DNA of 10,535 bases from Candidatus Auribacterota bacterium (GTDB taxonomy: Bacteria; Auribacterota; UBA6266). Positions within the stretch are counted from its first letter, which is position 1. Each line of letters begins with the position of its first letter. Location: NCBI GenBank assembly GCA_023136205.1, contig JAGLRQ010000140.1, forward strand, positions 1 to 10,535. Direction: 5' to 3'. Positions 6,853 through 10,535 of this stretch are shown here, one piece after another. A model generated the notes under the pieces. The model saw only the letters and a program-made list of their open reading frames with translations, ran no database searches and was not told where the DNA came from. The translations under genes were made by a program, and so were the position numbers.

Positions 6853-7649
6853 CTCATAAAATTAAACCGTTTCTTCTGGAACCCGGGAGCGCCACCGCCC
6901 GGCTCAAGAAAATCAATCATCGTCCTTTTTAGCCTTGCATCGTCCATGTCTCTCGTGAGAACACCGTTTGATGCAAGAGATATAGAACCTGTTTCTTCGG
7001 ATACAACAATCACAATTGCATCTGTCTCTTCGCTAAGGCCAACAGCTGCTCTGTGCCTTGTTCCCAAAGTCTTACTCAAAAAAGGGTTACTGGATAACGG
7101 GAACAGGCAGCCTGCGGCAACAATCCTGTTTGAACTTATTACTATTCCGCCATCATGCAAGGGGGTATTTGGAATAAAAATTGTTTCAATCAACTCTTCT
7201 GCCACCCTGCTGTTAATTTTTATGCCGCTTTCAACATATTCCTTAAGGCCAACCTCTCTCTCAATTGCAATAAGGACCCCTATCTTCCTTTTTGAAAGGT
7301 TTGATACAACACGAACTAAAACATCAATTACGGCTTCTTCAGAATACATAGACATCAAAAGTTGAGTTTCGCCAATATGGGCAAGAGCCCGTCTCAGTTC
7401 AGGCTGGAATATAATAAGAAAAGCTACAACGGAAATTGCAAAAACCTTTGTAAGTATCCAGTTAATAGTTTCAAAGTGCAGTTTTTGTATTAACATAAAC
7501 GCAAAAAAGAAAACTATAAGTCCTTTTAATACGTGTTGCGCCAATGTTCCTCTTATCGAAAGAAGCATATAATAAAACACTATGGCCATCGCCATTACTT
7601 CAACAACAGGTTTCCAGCTTACAATCAAAAATTCCAGAATTTTTTCCAT
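6840..7649 (-). CDS. cdaA: Diadenylate cyclase CdaA (membrane-anchored DAC/DisA_N domain)
   Basis: 269 aa with three N-terminal hydrophobic helices followed by a DAC domain. Motifs are PLHDGGIVI (DGA-type) and GTRHRAAVGLSEETDAIVIVVSEETGSISLA (RHR motif). The ATG overlaps the folP stop as TAATG. Confidence 0.9.
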   Translation of the reverse strand: MEKILEFLIVSWKPVVEVMAMAIVFYYMLLSIRGTLAQHVLKGLIVFFFAFMLIQKLHFETINWILTKVFAISVVAFLIIFQPELRRALAHIGETQLLMSMYSEEAVIDVLVRVVSNLSKRKIGVLIAIEREVGLKEYVESGIKINSRVAEELIETIFIPNTPLHDGGIVISSNRIVAAGCLFPLSSNPFLSKTLGTRHRAAVGLSEETDAIVIVVSEETGSISLASNGVLTRDMDDARLKRTMIDFLEPGGGAPGFQKKRFNFMRWKK

Positions 7650-8932
7650 TATACTTTTTTCACACCATCACAATTTCTCAATGCCCATGACACCTTAACA
7701 GCTTGAGCTGCTTCTTTGACGTCATGAGCTCTTATTATGTGTGCTCCGAGAAATACTGAAATAGCTTCTGCAGCAATTGTCCCGGGCAGCCTTTCTTCGG
7801 GTTCCGCGCCTGTAACCTGTCCGATGAAAGACTTTCTTGAAACACCTACTGTAACCGGATACCCAAGAGCGATAAATTCTTCCAGCCGGTTAAGTATAAC
7901 ATAGTTCTGTCTAACAGTTTTACCAAATCCAATGCCCGGGTCAATAGAAATACTTTTTTTATTAACCCCCGCTTTGACCAAAATCCTTGCCCTCTCTTCA
8001 AGAAATCCGGATATTTCCCCCATTAAATCATTATACTGCGGCCTTTTTTGCATTGTCCCCGGTCTTCCTTTCATATGCATTATTATACAGCCGGCACCCG
8101 ATCTCACGGCCAGGCCAGGCATTTTTGGGTCAAATGTCATACCGCTAATATCATTGATTATCGAGGCACCCGCTGATAGTGCTTTTCTCGCAACAGAAGC
8201 CCTGCCGGTATCTACTGAAATAAATACTTTTGTTCTTGCTTTTATCTTTTTTATAACGGGAATAACGCGTTTAACTTCTTCTTTTTCTGAAATTCTGTTC
8301 GAGCCGGGGCGGGAAGATTCTCCGCCAACGTCAATAATATTTGCACCGTCCTTCACAAGTTTCAATGCGTGCTCAACCGCTGCATCACCATTAAAATACT
8401 TTCCTCCATCAAAAAAAGAATCCGGGGTAACATTAATTATTCCCATTATCGCCGGCCCTTTTTTAAAACTTATTTTTCCGGCGGCACAAACGAATTCCCT
8501 GATATTATAATTTATCCCGGCAAGTTTTCCCTCCAGCTCTTCTGCAATTTCCGCAAGGCCGAATTGCTGACTTTTAAGTTTCCCCGGAAGCTTTTTAATC
8601 TGGGCAAGACTGCCAATCAAAACAACGTCTGTCCTTCTGCCAGGCTGAACCAGCGCCTTATAAGAAATTGCGGCATCCCCGCCTAATGACAACATCGCCT
8701 GTTTTATAATATTAGCCGCGGGGTTCCTCACAAAGGTAATTTTGAAAAAGGCAGAAAGACCTTTATCCCTCATCCTGCGGACACCGGCAGGATCAACTTC
8801 GACAGATTCCAATTCTTTTTCGATATCAAGTACTTTCTTCGGATAAAGTATCCTTAAAAGTTTCTTGGTTTTTTTTATTTCCCTCTGTTTTCTTTGCGTT
8901 TTCTTTCTTGCGCCCTTCTTTTTTTCTGCCAC
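7649..8932 (-). CDS. folP: Dihydropteroate synthase with an N-terminal extension of about 160 aa
   Basis: The pterin-binding domain begins at aa ~161 ([17 protein letters not shown]; E. coli VMGILNVTPDSFSDGG). GTG start at 8932 has AAGGAG (8942-8937) 4 nt upstream. Alternative in-frame starts are TTG 8812 and ATG 8773. Confidence 0.85.
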   Translation of the reverse strand: MAEKKKGARKKTQRKQREIKKTKKLLRILYPKKVLDIEKELESVEVDPAGVRRMRDKGLSAFFKITFVRNPAANIIKQAMLSLGGDAAISYKALVQPGRRTDVVLIGSLAQIKKLPGKLKSQQFGLAEIAEELEGKLAGINYNIREFVCAAGKISFKKGPAIMGIINVTPDSFFDGGKYFNGDAAVEHALKLVKDGANIIDVGGESSRPGSNRISEKEEVKRVIPVIKKIKARTKVFISVDTGRASVARKALSAGASIINDISGMTFDPKMPGLAVRSGAGCIIMHMKGRPGTMQKRPQYNDLMGEISGFLEERARILVKAGVNKKSISIDPGIGFGKTVRQNYVILNRLEEFIALGYPVTVGVSRKSFIGQVTGAEPEERLPGTIAAEAISVFLGAHIIRAHDVKEAAQAVKVSWALRNCDGVKKV

Positions 8933-10535
8933 TTTTCTCCTTTGCTCTACTTTTAAAACTGGGAAGTTTCCCCTCTTTTACTATATAATCTACATCTTTA
9001 CCGTCAACTACTTCTCTCTCTAACAATACTTCCGCTAGAAGAATAAGCTTGTCTTTGTTTTTTTCCAGAACATCTTTAGATCTTTTGTAACTATAATCAA
9101 TTATTTTTCTAACTTCCTTATCTATCTCAACTGCTGTTTGTTCACTATAATCTTGCTTACGGGAAATTTCTCTCCCGAGAAATATATGTTCCTCGCGTTC
9201 TCCAAAAGTCATAGGTCCCATTTTTTCACTCATACCCCATTCACACACCATGGCACGGGCAAGTTGCGTAACCTTCTTAAGGTCGTTCCTCGCTCCTGAC
9301 GTTATATCCCCGATTATCATTTCCTCCGCTACACGTCCACCTAAAAGAGCAGAAATATCACTTAAAACTTTTTGTTTAGCTTCAAGATATTTATCTTTTT
9401 CCGGCAGGTGCATTGTTGCCCCTAAAAAAGCTATTCCGCGGGGAATAATGGTCACTTTGTGAACAGGATCTGTAAATTCAAGAATACTCTGGAGAATTGC
9501 ATGCCCGGCTTCATGGTAAGCAATTACTTTTTTTTCTTCCTCGTCTATGGCACGGCTTCTTCTCTCTTTGCCAAAAGCAACCTTGTCTCTTGCTTCTTCG
9601 AGTTCTTCTAATCTAACCTCTTTTAACTCACGCTTGGCAGCCAAAAGAGCAGATTCATTAACAAGGTTTTCCAGATCAGCACCGGAAAACCCCGGGGTTC
9701 CCCTCGCAATAATGTTCAAACTAACTTCTTTAGCAAGCCGTATTTTCTTAATATGAACTTTAAGGATTTGTTCCCTTCCATTGAGGTCAGGAAGATCTAG
9801 TACAATCTGGCGGTCGAACCTTCCGGGCCTCAAGAGCGCGGGGTCAAGAACATCAGGCCTGTTGGTAGCTGCAATAAGTATAACACCTTCATTGGTATGA
9901 AAACCATCCATCTCTACAAGAAGCTGGTTAAGCGTTTGTTCTCTCTCATCATGTCCTCCACCCAACCCGGCGCCTCTGTGTCTTCCCACAGCATCAATTT
10001 CATCAAGAAAAATGATGCAGGGAGCATTTTTTTTCCCCTGCTCGAACATATCCCTCACGCGGGAAGCGCCAACACCCACAAACATCTCCACAAAATCCGA
10101 GCCACTTATAGAGAAAAATGGAACATCAGCTTCACCGGCAATAGCTTTTGCAAGAAGCGTCTTACCCGTTCCCGGCGGACCTACAAGAAGTACGCCTTTC
10201 GGTATACGGCCACCGAGCCTCTGAAATTTTTTCGGGTCTTTAAGAAATGCTATTATTTCTTCAACTTCTTCTTTGGCTTCGTCAATTCCTGCAACATTGT
10301 TAAAGGTAATATGTTCTTTATCTTTTGTCATCAAACGGGCGCGGCTCTTCCCAAAACCCAGGGCGCCCCCGGCTCCGGTTTTAACCTGGCGTAAAAAGAA
10401 AAACCATAAAATCCCGAGAAATATAAGCCATGGCACCAGGCTTAAAAGTAGAGGCCACAGAGGGTTTGGTTCTTCTATCCCGATGTTGACATCATTCTTT
10501 TCAAGAATTCCCCCGAGCCTGCTGTCATGCAAATC
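8826..10535 (-). CDS. ftsH: ATP-dependent zinc metalloprotease FtsH, N-terminus truncated by the right window edge
   Basis: Motifs present: Walker A GPPGTGKT, Walker B IIFLDEID, second region of homology [21 protein letters not shown], zinc site HEAGHA, and a TM helix [23 protein letters not shown] just before the AAA module. The frame is still open at 10535, so the ORF-track ATG 10532 is internal. A K/E-rich C-terminal tail ends at TGA 8828-8826. Confidence 0.95.
   Translation of the reverse strand, partial: DLHDSRLGGILEKNDVNIGIEEPNPLWPLLLSLVPWLIFLGILWFFFLRQVKTGAGGALGFGKSRARLMTKDKEHITFNNVAGIDEAKEEVEEIIAFLKDPKKFQRLGGRIPKGVLLVGPPGTGKTLLAKAIAGEADVPFFSISGSDFVEMFVGVGASRVRDMFEQGKKNAPCIIFLDEIDAVGRHRGAGLGGGHDEREQTLNQLLVEMDGFHTNEGVILIAATNRPDVLDPALLRPGRFDRQIVLDLPDLNGREQILKVHIKKIRLAKEVSLNIIARGTPGFSGADLENLVNESALLAAKRELKEVRLEELEEARDKVAFGKERRSRAIDEEEKKVIAYHEAGHAILQSILEFTDPVHKVTIIPRGIAFLGATMHLPEKDKYLEAKQKVLSDISALLGGRVAEEMIIGDITSGARNDLKKVTQLARAMVCEWGMSEKMGPMTFGEREEHIFLGREISRKQDYSEQTAVEIDKEVRKIIDYSYKRSKDVLEKNKDKLILLAEVLLEREVVDGKDVDYIVKEGKLPSFKSRAKEKSGRKKEGRKKENAKKTEGNKKNQETFKDTLSEEST
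8937..8942 (-). promoter_or_regulatory. Shine-Dalgarno AAGGAG for the folP GTG start, located inside the ftsH coding tail
   Basis: The minus strand reads GCAAAGGAGAAAAGTG, with the GTG at 8932-8930. Confidence 0.5.

Noticed and set aside
8869-8925. A AAA AAA heptamer in the ftsH frame, considered as a dnaX-like programmed -1 frameshift site that could fuse FtsH to FolP.
   Set aside because: The -1 frame hits TAA within about 17 codons. folP is in the +1 frame relative to ftsH, so -1 slippage cannot produce a fusion. No downstream stimulatory hairpin was seen.
3637-10394. Fifteen plus-strand ORFs of 63-192 aa from the track lie antisense to nnr, acpS, pdxJ, cdaR, cdaA, folP and ftsH (e.g. 7932-8510, 9897-10394, 6946-7365).
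   Set aside because: Each lies entirely within a confidently identified minus-strand gene and has a low-complexity or odd composition with no recognisable motifs. They are typical shadow ORFs.

Overview
Bacterial chromosomal segment, moderately AT-rich; I cannot assign a lineage from the sequence alone. Positions 3204-10535 hold one tightly packed minus-strand housekeeping operon: ftsH (5' end cut by the window edge), folP, cdaA, cdaR/ybbR, pdxJ, acpS, nnr. Junctions are overlapping or at most 22 nt apart. The same strand then carries tRNA-Thr(UGU), tRNA-Tyr(GUA) and tRNA-Gly(UCC) at 3125-2817, and a partial tRNA-Thr(GGU) at 58-1. This is the thrU-tyrU-glyT-thrT order that precedes tufB in E. 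coli. Here Gly and Thr(GGU) are separated by about 2.76 kb (59-2816). That block contains an ORF-free, very AT-rich spacer (59-~650) and one opposite-strand 652-aa ORF (751-2709). I cannot place the ORF in a named family, and it lacks a convincing start codon. An inverted, decayed copy of the thrT leader and 5' half lies at 189-230. I saw no CRISPR array, transposase, integrase, flanking direct repeats or recognisable defence or toxin genes. The split tRNA operon with its orphan ORF is the only candidate for something new, and the evidence is compositional and syntenic rather than functional. Everything else is ordinary core metabolism with a few start-site and overlap oddities.
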